This document shows positions 9,549 to 19,751 of a stretch of 64,000 nt of DNA, in pieces. The stretch lies in assembly GCA_038143065.1 (NCBI GenBank), contig JAYQLI010000035.1, forward strand, positions 1,984,894-2,048,893. The letters are read 5' to 3'. The stretch's first letter is position 1; every line of letters begins with the position of its first letter. The translations under genes and the position numbers were made by a program. The stretch is from Rhodospirillales bacterium. GTDB lineage: Bacteria > Pseudomonadota > Alphaproteobacteria > Bin95. A model generated the notes under the pieces. The model worked only from the letters and a program-made list of their open reading frames with translations. It was not told the DNA's origin and ran no database searches.

Positions 9549-10800
9549 ATGCCGAACTCCATAGATTTCCGGAAATATTTGGAGCCAGGTGACCTGGTTG
9601 TTGTAGCGCAGCTAGGGAGCTGAACCTACAAAACTGACAGCAGCGCTTTTCAATGCTGCAAAGGACATCGAGGGGATTAGGGTGCTGACCAGTTTCCCTC
9701 TGGGCGATGCTGAAACACGGCTTGCCAATGAACACATCCGATTTCTTTCCATGGATGGTTTTGGCGCAAATGGTCAACTATTTCAGAAAGGTCGCTTAGC
9801 CGTAGCACCTGCCCGTTTTTCGGATTATTCACGGTTATTCGAAGGCAAGCTTAAGCCAGCAATTACTCTTTGTTCTGTAACACCGCCAGACTCTGAAGGA
9901 AACGTAAGCCTAGGGGTTACTGTCGACCATCTTCCCGCCGCAATCCGGGAGGCAAAGGTAGCTTTCGCGGAAATAAATCCTTTTATGCCATGGACACAAG
10001 GTGATGCTGTTCTGCCACTATCAAGTTTTGGGGGCACGGTTAACGCTATAACAGCACCAGCTGAGTGGGTTTCTCGTGCGCCAGGACCAATTGATCACGC
10101 AGTTGCCGCAAACGTTGCCAGGTTGGTACCTGACAGGGCTACTGTGCAATATGGTGTAGGTTCACTGCCTGACGCCGTGGCTGCTGCACTTGCAAAAAAG
10201 CGCGACCTTGGCCTTCATTCTGGCAGTTTTGCTGACAGTATTGTTGATCTAGTCGAGGCTGGAGCTGTTTCGAACAAATATAAAGAGATTGATCAGAACA
10301 AACATGTGGCAACAGCTTTATATGGGTCTCGCCGGCTATACGACTTTGTAGATAGAAATCCGGACTTAATCATGAGAGCTGGTACGTATACCCACAGCGC
10401 TAATACCCTCTCTAATTTTAATTGTTTTTTCGCGATAAATTCGGCGCTTGAGGTTGATCTTTCTGGCCAAGTGGGCGCAGAAGCGGCAAATGGAAGGTAC
10501 CTAGGAGCCATTGGTGGCCAGTTAGATTTCCATAGAGCCGGATTACTTTCTCCAAACGGGCGCGCAATTATTGCGCTTAGTTCAACAGCTGGAAAAGCAA
10601 GAAAAACTAAAATTGTATCGAGTTTATCAGGGCCGGTAACAGGCCCAAGGGCAGATGCAGATACAGTTGTAACAGAGAATGGAATTGCGGAGCTTGCAGG
10701 CCTAACTCTCGAAGAAAGAGCAGAAGCCCTGATATCTATAGCAGACCCAGAGTCCCAAGCGGCTCTTCGCAGCGCTGTAGAAAAAAATGGACTAGTCTGA
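9549..10800 (+). CDS. Acetyl-CoA hydrolase / 4-hydroxybutyrate CoA-transferase family (probable frameshift near 9616)
   Basis: QYGVGSLPDAV, AINSALEVDLSGQV, IGGQLDF, VVTENG. N-terminus MPNSIDFRKYLEPGD from ATG 9549 is in a different frame. Confidence 0.85.
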
Positions 10801-11517
10801 TCCAGCTATACCTTTCAGCCAAAGTGGGTCTTTGATTTTCATCAAAAAGGCCTCGTGCGCCTCTAATTCTTCCAGCGAGGGGATGTGGGGGCGTGGCGCC
10901 AATTTCTTTCGATTAGTGGAGGAATTTGAAATAGAGGTTTCTATTTTTTGATTGGTACCATCAGTCGAATTTTTCTTATCAGCGGACAACAGCAATCCTG
11001 GCTGCTTTCCACCAATTAATTCTAAATAAACTGCTGCTAGAAGCCGGCAGTCAATTACAGCCCCGTGCTTTTCTCGCACTGAAAGATCAACATCAAAACG
11101 TCGACACAGAGCATCCAAACTATTTGAGCCACCAGGATACTTTTTTCTGGCAATCTCTAGGGTATCAATCAGTCTTGTCGCCGGTATTGGAGGTTTTTTA
11201 AGAGACTCCAATTCCCAATTTAGGAACTTGGCATCAAAGGGCGCATTATGTATCACGAGCGCTGCATCGTCTCCGAGGAATTCCAGGAATTCGTCCACTA
11301 TGTCACCAAAAATTGGTTTGTCCTTCAGGAAATCCTCTGAAATTCCATGAATGGCAAACGCTTCTTCCGGCATATCCCGCTCTGGATTTATGTAAAGGTG
11401 CAGTTCACGACCTGTAGGCACATGAAAGTTAAGTTCCACGCAACCAATCTCGACCACCCTGTCACCTGAACGGGGATCAAGTCCTGTTGTCTCCGTGTCC
11501 AGTACTATTTCGCGCAT
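10792..11517 (-). CDS. dnaQ: DNA polymerase III epsilon subunit
   Basis: IVLDTETTG, HNAPFD, SLDALCRRF, HGAVID, ELIGGKQ. Confidence 0.97.
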   Translation of the reverse strand: MREIVLDTETTGLDPRSGDRVVEIGCVELNFHVPTGRELHLYINPERDMPEEAFAIHGISEDFLKDKPIFGDIVDEFLEFLGDDAALVIHNAPFDAKFLNWELESLKKPPIPATRLIDTLEIARKKYPGGSNSLDALCRRFDVDLSVREKHGAVIDCRLLAAVYLELIGGKQPGLLLSADKKNSTDGTNQKIETSISNSSTNRKKLAPRPHIPSLEELEAHEAFLMKIKDPLWLKGIAGSD

Positions 11518-12138
11518 TTACCGCCCATAGTCTTTGCCTTTCTGACGAATACCGCGCAACGCTTGTCTAATTCTGTCTCGAGTTAGCCTTTTTCCAAGCC
11601 CTGATGGTATAATTATATCTGCTTTCCTGCGTTTTTCAGCATCAGGCAATTGCTTAGCAAGGACCTGACTGAGCCTTTCTTCTGTCATTCCAGGACGAGC
11701 CAACACACGCGCACGCTGGATATGTGCAGGTGCGGATACCACAAGTGTAATGTCACAGCGCTTATCGCCACCAGTTTCAAAAAGTAGTGGGACATCACGT
11801 GCCACAACCTTGTGACCGGAGCGAGCGGCACGAGCTATAAAACTGCGTTCTTCCTCCCCAACCATGGGATGCAGAATTCTTTCTAACTTTGATAATGCTT
11901 CTTGGTTTCCAAAAACCAAAGGTCCCAGTTTCGTCCTGTCAATTGATCCATTTTCAGCATCTCCGGGAAATTCTGCTTCTAAAGATCTGACAGCACGGCC
12001 GCCTTTTGCCATCAACAAATGAACTTCGGCGTCTGCATCAAACACAGGAACGCCTTCTTTGCGTAGGCACGAAGCCGCGAAGCTCTTTCCCATGCCAATA
12101 GATCCGGTAAGTCCAATAACAAAACGCCCACGGATCAT
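11518..12138 (-). CDS. coaE: Dephospho-CoA kinase
   Basis: GLTGSIGMGKS, LERILHP, DVPLLFE. Confidence 0.96.
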   Translation of the reverse strand: MIRGRFVIGLTGSIGMGKSFAASCLRKEGVPVFDADAEVHLLMAKGGRAVRSLEAEFPGDAENGSIDRTKLGPLVFGNQEALSKLERILHPMVGEEERSFIARAARSGHKVVARDVPLLFETGGDKRCDITLVVSAPAHIQRARVLARPGMTEERLSQVLAKQLPDAEKRRKADIIIPSGLGKRLTRDRIRQALRGIRQKGKDYGR

Positions 12139-12980
12139 TTAAGATCATCCAAAATCAATTGCCGAAGTTCTGAGTCAACAGCAGGTTTTGTACCAAACCA
12201 AGCATGAAATCCGGGAACAGCTTGATGCAGCAGCATTCCCAGGCCATCTACGACTTTGTTGCCACGATGTTTCGCTGCTGCAAGTAAATTTGTCTCTAAA
12301 GGAACATAAACGATATCGTAAACAACTGCTTCTTTTGGCAAATCATCTAGGGGAATTTCTAAAGGATGAGCGCCCTTCATTCCAAGGCTTGTTGTGTTCA
12401 CAAGTAGATTACTTTCTGCCAATGAAGACGCCCGTTCTGACCAACTTATAACTTTGATTTTATCTCCAAAATTACTGGCAATAATCTCCGCCTTGGATTT
12501 AGTTCGATTTACTAATCTTATTTCTTTAACACCAGCTTCCAGCAATGAATGAATTGCCGCGCGAGCTGATCCACCTGCCCCTAAAACCACCACTGGCCCA
12601 GCCTGTGGATCCCATTCGGGTACAGTCGCTCGAAGGTGCGCAAAAAACCCTGGAGCATCTGTATTCGAACCAAGTAATGAGCCTTCTGGTGAAACTACAA
12701 TTGTATTAATCGCACCAATTGCTTGAGACGCGGCATCACGCTCATCAACAACTTCAAACGCTGTTAGTTTGTGAGGAACGGTTACATTCATCCCTGCTAT
12801 TCCAAGCTTTGGAAGAGATCGAATAGCATCCGCCGCTGCATCTGGATGAACAGCCAACGGAACATAAGTCCCGTCTATTTTATGCTTTTCAATCCAATGG
12901 CCATGGATCAGGGGTGACCGTGAGTGACTAATAGGCCAACCAATGATCCCAGCAACGACAGCGTTACCTGACATTTTCAT
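12135..12980 (-). CDS. aroE: Shikimate dehydrogenase
   Basis: HSRSP, NVTVPHK, NTD, GAGGSARA, DGLGMLLHQA. Confidence 0.96.
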   Translation of the reverse strand: MKMSGNAVVAGIIGWPISHSRSPLIHGHWIEKHKIDGTYVPLAVHPDAAADAIRSLPKLGIAGMNVTVPHKLTAFEVVDERDAASQAIGAINTIVVSPEGSLLGSNTDAPGFFAHLRATVPEWDPQAGPVVVLGAGGSARAAIHSLLEAGVKEIRLVNRTKSKAEIIASNFGDKIKVISWSERASSLAESNLLVNTTSLGMKGAHPLEIPLDDLPKEAVVYDIVYVPLETNLLAAAKHRGNKVVDGLGMLLHQAVPGFHAWFGTKPAVDSELRQLILDDLK

Positions 12981-13582
12981 ATTAATAATGCCCCCTCTAA
13001 TCGAAGTGCATTAAGAAGAGGTGCCATAGGGAGACCTAATATAGTGAAATAGTCTCCCCTCACTTGATCAAACATTTGTACCCCTAGACCTTCAAGAAAA
13101 TAGCCACCTACAGATTTGCAGGCTTCTTCTCCAACAGTTTGGATATAACTATCTAAAAAAGTATCCGAAAAATTTCTCATTGTTAGATCTGCTGACTCAA
13201 TATGGGTCCAGCGTTCTTTTTCCGGTGCAAGCAAAACTAAGCCTGAAAGAAGTCGATGGGTCTTACCACGAAGAGCTTCAAGCTGTTTTTTTGCAACTTC
13301 AACAGAAGAAGGTTTGTCAAACCAATTACCTTCGAGTTCTAACATCTGATCAGCACCAATGATAATCGCCTCGGGATGCATAGTTTGAACAGCTTCAGCT
13401 TTTGCAGCAGCTAAAGCCAAAGCCGTTTTTGAAACAGTCCAACCATCTTGCTTGGCTATGTTTTTAATCTCGTCTTCGTCGACATTCGAGACAAACACAT
13501 CAAATTCAACACCAGATGCAGATAGAAGAGACCGTCGTGATTGGCTCGCAGATGCTAATATAATTGGCTTTAGTGTCTTCAA
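12977..13582 (-). CDS. maf: Maf family nucleoside triphosphate pyrophosphatase
   Basis: IILASASQSR, IGADQ, KP, ILGLP; standard maf-aroE-coaE-dnaQ order. Confidence 0.92.
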   Translation of the reverse strand: MKTLKPIILASASQSRRSLLSASGVEFDVFVSNVDEDEIKNIAKQDGWTVSKTALALAAAKAEAVQTMHPEAIIIGADQMLELEGNWFDKPSSVEVAKKQLEALRGKTHRLLSGLVLLAPEKERWTHIESADLTMRNFSDTFLDSYIQTVGEEACKSVGGYFLEGLGVQMFDQVRGDYFTILGLPMAPLLNALRLEGALLI

Positions 13583-14169
13583 TATATTTACCTTCCTACA
13601 TATATATATATTTATTATTTATATTTTATTTATTTTTACTTAATTTATTCATGGATTACATTTTTCTACATCGTAACAATAGTTAAAAAGATAAAAAATA
13701 TCTTGAAAATATTCCACCTACAACAAACGTCAAAACGAATCTTAATGACTAAAACGTAAAAAAATCTCTCCTCAAAGCGACGCACATCTATGGAAGAAAT
13801 GGTGGACTAGTAGAGGATAAACAGGTGGATGAAATGTATCTTTTTTCTCATTGTGGATACTTCCCTCATAAGAGATATTTCCTTCAGTCGTGATATCCAC
13901 AGTGGAAATCCAGATTGATAATTGAGGGGAAAAAAAACCTATCCCTGATACTTCCACAGGATACTTCCTTTAGGTCTTTAATAAATTTAACGAGTCGATT
14001 GCCCTGTCTATGATAAATCAACGAATGGAGTTTTTTTTTATCCTGTTAGTAATTTTTTGCTTAGAGTTTTTATCCCCGATATCAGTCGCCCTAACTACAA
14101 CAATCAATATTAAATTAAGTTTTGTTTTGTAGTGTTATTTAACAAAATAAGAAGATATTCCTTGTCACC
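13583..14169. other. Probable chromosomal replication origin (oriC)
   Basis: 587-bp gene-free region upstream of hemE, the usual alphaproteobacterial oriC position. Very AT-rich at 13583-13720. DnaA-box-like 9-mers: TGTGGATAC 13852, ATATCCACA 13893, AGAGGATAA 13812, GGTGGATGA 13824, TTATCCCCG 14070. parAB/parS lie within 12 kb. Confidence 0.8.
13856..13968 (+). repeat. GATACTTCC direct repeats within the origin region
   Basis: Exact copies at 13856, 13947 and 13960; one-mismatch GATATTTCC at 13874. Confidence 0.7.
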
Positions 14170-15207
14170 ATGACTAAAACTCAAACTCTCCTATCTTCTG
14201 TTCTTAGTGGCAAAGCAGCGCCAAGACCTCCTGTGTGGCTAATGCGTCAGGCAGGTCGTTATCTACCTGAATATCGCAAGCTTCGAACACAAGCGAAAGA
14301 TTTTCTAACATTTTGTTACACGCCTGATATGGCGACTGAAGCAACTTTGCAGCCGATAAGCCGTTTTGGATTTGATGCTGCAATAATTTTTTCTGATATT
14401 TTGGTTTTACCTCATGCACTTGGGCAAAAAGTATGGTTTGAACCGGGATTTGGTCCAAGATTAGATGCTTTGAATACATCCGATGACGTGAACAATTTGG
14501 ATCTTGGACAGGTAACAGAATTTCTCAAACCAGTTTATTCCGCTGTGACAAAAACCAGAAATAAGCTTCCAAAAGAAACAGCGCTTATTGGATTTGCAGG
14601 AGCTCCTTGGACACTTGCAGCTTATATGCTTGAAGGTGCGGGTAGTCGCGATTATTCGAAAGCAAGAAAGTTTGCTTTAGAAAAACCAAGCGCATGGTCA
14701 AAACTCCTAAATTTATTGGAGTCAGCAATATCCAAGCATCTGATCAACCAAATCGAAGCTGGGGCTGAAGTTGTGCAAATATTTGATAGTTGGGCTGGCG
14801 CATTGCCGGCTTATGGTGTGAAAGCATGGAGTTTGGAACCTATTGGTCGAATAGCACAAAGTGTGAAAGCAGCTCATCCAGGAGCCAAGGTTATAGCATT
14901 TCCGCGAGGGGCGGATGCATTTGTTAGTGATTTTGCGGCTTTGCCAGCAGTTGATGCTGTGTCATTGGGTCAAGCTTTACCTACAGACGCGTTTGATCAT
15001 GTTCGTAACGCTGGGGCGATACCACAAGGTAATTTAGATCCAGTTACATTAATTTGTGGGGGTGATTTCCTTATTAAAGAGATTGATAACATTCTTAACT
15101 CCAACAAAAACTCAGCGTTTGTTTTCAACTTAGGTCATGGAATTACACCTGAGACACCAATAGCTAATGTAGAGGCTCTTATTAAAAGAATTAGGGATAG
15201 CGCATGA
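14170..15207 (+). CDS. hemE: Uroporphyrinogen decarboxylase
   Basis: PVWLMRQAGRYLPEY, FSDIL, IGFAGAPWT, FNLGHGI. Confidence 0.98.
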   Translation: MTKTQTLLSSVLSGKAAPRPPVWLMRQAGRYLPEYRKLRTQAKDFLTFCYTPDMATEATLQPISRFGFDAAIIFSDILVLPHALGQKVWFEPGFGPRLDALNTSDDVNNLDLGQVTEFLKPVYSAVTKTRNKLPKETALIGFAGAPWTLAAYMLEGAGSRDYSKARKFALEKPSAWSKLLNLLESAISKHLINQIEAGAEVVQIFDSWAGALPAYGVKAWSLEPIGRIAQSVKAAHPGAKVIAFPRGADAFVSDFAALPAVDAVSLGQALPTDAFDHVRNAGAIPQGNLDPVTLICGGDFLIKEIDNILNSNKNSAFVFNLGHGITPETPIANVEALIKRIRDSA

Positions 15208-15653
15208 GTGAATTTCTCGTAGGAAGTTATCCATGGTTCAAAGCAATTCATATTATTGCGGTGATGTCTTGGATGGCTGGACTTCTCTATCTTCCTCGGC
15301 TCTTTGTGTATCACGTAGAAGTCGAATTAAATTCGAAAGAAGATCATAGATTCCAGGTTATGGAGCGCCGCCTCCTGCGCGCTATAATGAATCCCGCGAT
15401 GGTAGTTTCGTACATATTTGGAATTTTGTTGATACTCACACCTGGCATTGTTGATTGGAGCTCTGCCTGGATTTGGCTGAAAATTCTGGCGATTTTAGTT
15501 TTAACAGGATGCCATCATGCCATGGGAAAATGGCGCAAGGATCTAGCGGAAGGGACGAACCAGAAAAGCCAACGGTACTTCAGAGTAGCTAATGAAGTGC
15601 CCACAATATCGATGATAATTATTGTAATAATGGTTGTGGTAAAACCGTTTTAG
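15204..15653 (+). CDS. hemJ: Protoporphyrinogen oxidase HemJ
   Basis: KAIHIIAVMSWMAGLLYLPRLFVYH, MERRL, NEVPT, VKPF. Confidence 0.95.
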   Translation: MSEFLVGSYPWFKAIHIIAVMSWMAGLLYLPRLFVYHVEVELNSKEDHRFQVMERRLLRAIMNPAMVVSYIFGILLILTPGIVDWSSAWIWLKILAILVLTGCHHAMGKWRKDLAEGTNQKSQRYFRVANEVPTISMIIIVIMVVVKPF

Positions 15654-15840
15654 GTTGACAAGTCATCGTTTCCTGAGCAAATAGCGTGAAGCAATCATGG
15701 GGGTGAGTAAAGATTTCTCCATTGGTTGACTGGTCTTTCTTAAGTGCTGGCGTCAGAACGCTTCGTTTCATTTTGCTGGCAGACAACCCTAATTTAAATC
15801 AAAGAAGAGTGGCGACGTGCTTCAGAATGTTCCCCAGAGC

Positions 15841-17097
15841 ATGAATCTAGCTGAGCTAAAACAAAAAGGCCCGGCAGAACTTTTGCAGCTAGCTGAAGAG
15901 CTTGAAATTGAAAATGCTAGTTCGCTTCGCAAACAGGATATGATGTTTGCAATTTTGAAGGAACTCGCTGACCAAGAAGTCGTTATTACTGGAGAGGGTG
16001 TAGTAGAAGTCTTGCCAGATGGCTTTGGGTTTTTGAGATCACCAGATGCAAACTATCTTCCTGGCCCAGACGATATTTATGTTTCTCCAAATCAAATACG
16101 TCGATTTAGTCTCCGCACAGGCGATACGGTAACTGGTGAAATTCGAGCACCGAAGAACGGGGAGAGATATTTCGCACTCGTTAAGGTTTCTACGGTAAAT
16201 TTCGATGCACCCGAAAAAGTACGTCAGCGTATAAATTTTGATAATTTAACGCCTCTTTATCCAGATGAGCGATTAGTTTTAGAGGTACAGAACACAGAAT
16301 CTAAGGACCTCACGACACGAGTGGTTGAATTGGTTTCACCAATCGGCAAGGGCCAAAGAGCGCTTGTAGTGGCTCCTCCAAGAACAGGTAAGACTATGAT
16401 GTTGCAGTCAATTGCTCATGCAATTGCTGCCAATAACCCTGAAGTTTATTTGCTAGTACTTCTGATTGATGAAAGACCTGAAGAAGTAACTGATATGCAA
16501 CGCTCAGTCCGAGGTGAGGTAATTTCCTCTACTTTCGATGAGCCTGCTCAGCGACATGTTCAAGTTGCTGATATGGTAATCGAAAAGGCGAAGCGTCTCG
16601 TTGAGCACAAACACGATGTTGTCATACTCTTAGATTCAATTACCCGATTAGCCCGCGCATACAACACAGTTGTGCCCTCTTCTGGCAAGGTACTTACTGG
16701 AGGCGTGGATGCTAATGCTCTTCAGAGGCCAAAGAGGTTTTTTGGCGCTGCACGTAACATTGAAGAAGGCGGAAGCCTATCAATTATAGCAACAGCCCTA
16801 ATCGACACCGGGAGCCGGATGGACGAAGTGATTTTTGAAGAGTTCAAAGGCACAGGTAACGCTGAAATTGTTCTGGATAGAAAACTTGCAGACAAGCGAG
16901 TTTGGCCAGCAATTGACATAGGTAAGTCTGGAACCCGCAAAGAAGAACTTCTTGTTGATCGTCAAGAGCTTAACAAAATGTGGATGCTGCGTCGGGTCTT
17001 GATGCCTATGGGTACTCAGGATGCCATGGAATTTCTTGTAGGCAAGTTACGAGAGACAAAAACTAATGGAGATTTCTTCCAACAAATGAATCAATAA
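15841..17097 (+). CDS. rho: Transcription termination factor Rho
   Basis: [36 protein letters not shown]. Start taken at MNLAELK. Confidence 0.98.
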   Translation: MNLAELKQKGPAELLQLAEELEIENASSLRKQDMMFAILKELADQEVVITGEGVVEVLPDGFGFLRSPDANYLPGPDDIYVSPNQIRRFSLRTGDTVTGEIRAPKNGERYFALVKVSTVNFDAPEKVRQRINFDNLTPLYPDERLVLEVQNTESKDLTTRVVELVSPIGKGQRALVVAPPRTGKTMMLQSIAHAIAANNPEVYLLVLLIDERPEEVTDMQRSVRGEVISSTFDEPAQRHVQVADMVIEKAKRLVEHKHDVVILLDSITRLARAYNTVVPSSGKVLTGGVDANALQRPKRFFGAARNIEEGGSLSIIATALIDTGSRMDEVIFEEFKGTGNAEIVLDRKLADKRVWPAIDIGKSGTRKEELLVDRQELNKMWMLRRVLMPMGTQDAMEFLVGKLRETKTNGDFFQQMNQ

Positions 17098-17117
17098 CGA
17101 ATAAGGTTTTAGATACT

Positions 17118-18128
17118 TTATGCGTTTAAACGGCGAGCATAAGTAGGGCCCCATTCTCTTGTTGTTTCGAATATTTTAGGAAGAGGCCGGCCATTCGGTA
17201 GAGATAGCCAGAGGCGCAGCATGCAGCGCTTCAACCGCGGGTCTTCATAATCAGAATAATTAAAACGAGCATGGAAACAGGTAGCATTGTTAGCTATTTC
17301 CATGTCTCCCGGCTCTAAGTTTAGGGCAAGATGCATGTTAGGGTCGTTGGCTACTTCATCAAGAAGATCCATTGCCGCGATTTGTTCATCTGTCAGTTTG
17401 GGAACATCTTCGAACCGTTGTGCAAGCTCGATGTACCGTCGTTTGTAAAGTGCAGAAACCATTCCATCGTGCAGGTTAAAAATAGGAACGGTCTGTGTTT
17501 GTTTTTCCCAAGGATTTTGAGCCCTGGCATCAAAGTGAAATGGAGCTGTGAGGATTCCCGCTAGTTTCTGGTCACGGTGCAGCAACTCGTTGTAAATGGC
17601 GGTTGATGATACTAATCGGGATCCACCGCCAGATTTTGCCGGTCGAAAACATAAAAGCGCGAAAACATCATCTGCTCCGTCAGTATGAAACGTCAGTTCA
17701 TCATTGGTCTGAAAGCTGCGAATGTTATCGGTTGTTTCAACATTTGCGCCTGTGTCAGTCACGACGTGAAAGAGTTTACCTGCTTTATCTTGTGGCTCCG
17801 GATACCCTAGATGTTGGCCAAAGCACCAATGCATTACTTGTGCTTCTTCTAAGCTAAAGCGCTCAACAGGCATACCGTGTACTACTACGAAGCCTCGGCC
17901 ACCCTCCAGATCTTCTCGGAGGCTACAAATTTTTTTTGAGAGCGTTGGGAGGGCAAAATCAGATGCCGTTAATTTCTCAACAGGCACCTGTTTCTTGAGA
18001 GCAAGATCTGTTGCTTTAATAAGTTCATCGATCTCTTTAGGACTAAGCCGTAAACGCCAATCCCCCTCAGCCGCTAGATCACATGCCCTCCATGCGGCTT
18101 TGCTTTCAACAGGCTTAAGCTTTGTCAC
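17118..18128 (-). CDS. TauD/TfdA family Fe(II)/2-oxoglutarate dioxygenase
   Basis: FHTDG ... CFHAR facial triad, GGGSRLVSS, RCMLRLWL. Confidence 0.88.
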   Translation of the reverse strand: MTKLKPVESKAAWRACDLAAEGDWRLRLSPKEIDELIKATDLALKKQVPVEKLTASDFALPTLSKKICSLREDLEGGRGFVVVHGMPVERFSLEEAQVMHWCFGQHLGYPEPQDKAGKLFHVVTDTGANVETTDNIRSFQTNDELTFHTDGADDVFALLCFRPAKSGGGSRLVSSTAIYNELLHRDQKLAGILTAPFHFDARAQNPWEKQTQTVPIFNLHDGMVSALYKRRYIELAQRFEDVPKLTDEQIAAMDLLDEVANDPNMHLALNLEPGDMEIANNATCFHARFNYSDYEDPRLKRCMLRLWLSLPNGRPLPKIFETTREWGPTYARRLNA

Positions 18129-18826
18129 GCTAAAGTCCGTTTAAAAGCTTCCAACGACCGAGAGTTAGCTAAATTTGCATTCTCTTCGTCATACGGTACC
18201 CCTCCTATGCGAGCAAAAGCATGATCCATTCCAGGGTAGTTGTGGAGTGTCACAGAGTTGTGATCATTTAATCCCTCATTGATCTTTGCCTGTGCCTCTT
18301 TAGATACAAACCCATCTTCTTCGGCAATGTGCATAACTAGTGGATTAGTGATGTTTCGTGCCTCTCCAAGAAGTTCTTCAATCCCCACACCGTAATAGCT
18401 GACGTTGCAATCAGCGTCTGATCTGCAAGCTAGTAGATAAGCAAGCTTGCCCCCAAGACAAAAACCAACAGTACCTACTTTGCCGCTTGCTCCGTTCATT
18501 GACCGACAATGAGCAATGGTGGCCAAGAGGTCTTCAACGCCTTTGTCTAAGTCAAAACCCTGAAACAATTCAAAAGCCTTCTTCCATTCGGCTTCAGACT
18601 GATCGGTAATGTCGACTCCTGGCTCTTGGCGCCAGAACAGATCAGGAGCTACAGCTATATAACCTTGATCGGCCCAGTATTTAGCAATATCCCGCATTGC
18701 GTGATTCACGCCGAAAATCTCTTGTATGCAGATTACTACGGGACCTGCGCCACTTTTGGGCTTTTCCACGTACGCTTTAAAGCTTCCGCCATCATTTGCC
18801 TTAATTTCGATCCAGTCAGCCATCAC
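18125..18826 (-). CDS. Dienelactone hydrolase family protein
   Basis: QEIFGVN, APDLFWR, GFCLGG, HAFAR. Confidence 0.92.
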   Translation of the reverse strand: MMADWIEIKANDGGSFKAYVEKPKSGAGPVVICIQEIFGVNHAMRDIAKYWADQGYIAVAPDLFWRQEPGVDITDQSEAEWKKAFELFQGFDLDKGVEDLLATIAHCRSMNGASGKVGTVGFCLGGKLAYLLACRSDADCNVSYYGVGIEELLGEARNITNPLVMHIAEEDGFVSKEAQAKINEGLNDHNSVTLHNYPGMDHAFARIGGVPYDEENANLANSRSLEAFKRTLA

Positions 18827-18903
18827 TCATACTCCCTCTGAGAGCTATATAATTCTTTAAGTATAGGATAGCCGTGTGGTCGTTAGAGGCGCAATGCTGA
18901 TTT

Positions 18904-19368
18904 TCAAAGCAACAAAGCGCCTTCGTGGGCCAAAAGCCAGCGCTTGGTTTCAACTCCACCTTGTCCCGAGTAGCCAACCATGTGGCCATTGCTGCCCACT
19001 ACGCGGTGGCAGGGAATAATGATTGGAATTGGATTACGGCCACAGGCATGACCAACGGCCTGGGCAGGTTTTCCAGTCATCTTTGCTATGTCACCATAGG
19101 TCGCTGTCATCCCATGCGGGATTTGCGTCATAGCCCGCCAGACCGACAGCTCGAACTCAGACCCTTCGGGAGCGAGAGAAACATGGAAGCTATTGATTTT
19201 ATTAAGAAAATAATGGTGCAGTTGGTCGCTGGCCTGAGATAAAGAGCTGTTTTTAGGCTTTGGCGTTATAGCTCTTTCAGTCCATTCTAGCGCGACGAGT
19301 GAGCCCGCGTCGGCTTTCAGGCAGAGGTTTCCAAGGGGCGAAGAAATAATGTGTTCATCAATCAGCAT
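18904..19368 (-). CDS. ogt: Methylated-DNA-protein-cysteine methyltransferase
   Basis: NPIPIIIPCHRVV active site. Confidence 0.93.
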   Translation of the reverse strand: MLIDEHIISSPLGNLCLKADAGSLVALEWTERAITPKPKNSSLSQASDQLHHYFLNKINSFHVSLAPEGSEFELSVWRAMTQIPHGMTATYGDIAKMTGKPAQAVGHACGRNPIPIIIPCHRVVGSNGHMVGYSGQGGVETKRWLLAHEGALLL

Positions 19369-19461
19369 GGGCTATCACGGTAATTCCTCGATATCTTATG
19401 TGTTAAGCACTTAATTTAACGCTATTATGTAGCGTAAGGCAGACTTATTGGAGTTATCTCT

Positions 19462-19737
19462 ATGAAAATAAGCATCGATATTGACGCTACGCCGGAAGAG
19501 GCTCGCCGGTTTTTTGGGTTACCAGACGTAGGGCCCATGCAAGACGCCTTGCTTTCAGAGATGACGGAAAGAATGCGCACGAGCTTAGCCAACATGGAAT
19601 CAGAGGCGCTGTGGAGCCAATGGATGCCGGGAGCCGCAGGTGCAAGTCAAGGCATAGAGTCGGTGCGTCAATTTTGGGAACAAGCGATGCAAACAGGCTT
19701 GTCAGGTGCTAAATCTCGGAAATCTGGTTCGGATTAA
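19462..19737 (+). CDS. DUF6489 family small protein
   Basis: MKISIDIDATPEEARRFFGLPDV; GGAG RBS upstream. Confidence 0.8.
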   Translation: MKISIDIDATPEEARRFFGLPDVGPMQDALLSEMTERMRTSLANMESEALWSQWMPGAAGASQGIESVRQFWEQAMQTGLSGAKSRKSGSD

Positions 19738-19751
19738 ACCAGGAAAAAGTC

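Noticed and set aside
19403-19419. CtrA box upstream of DUF6489
   Set aside because: The TTAA half-sites are spaced 4 and 9 nt apart, not the TTAA-N7-TTAA consensus.
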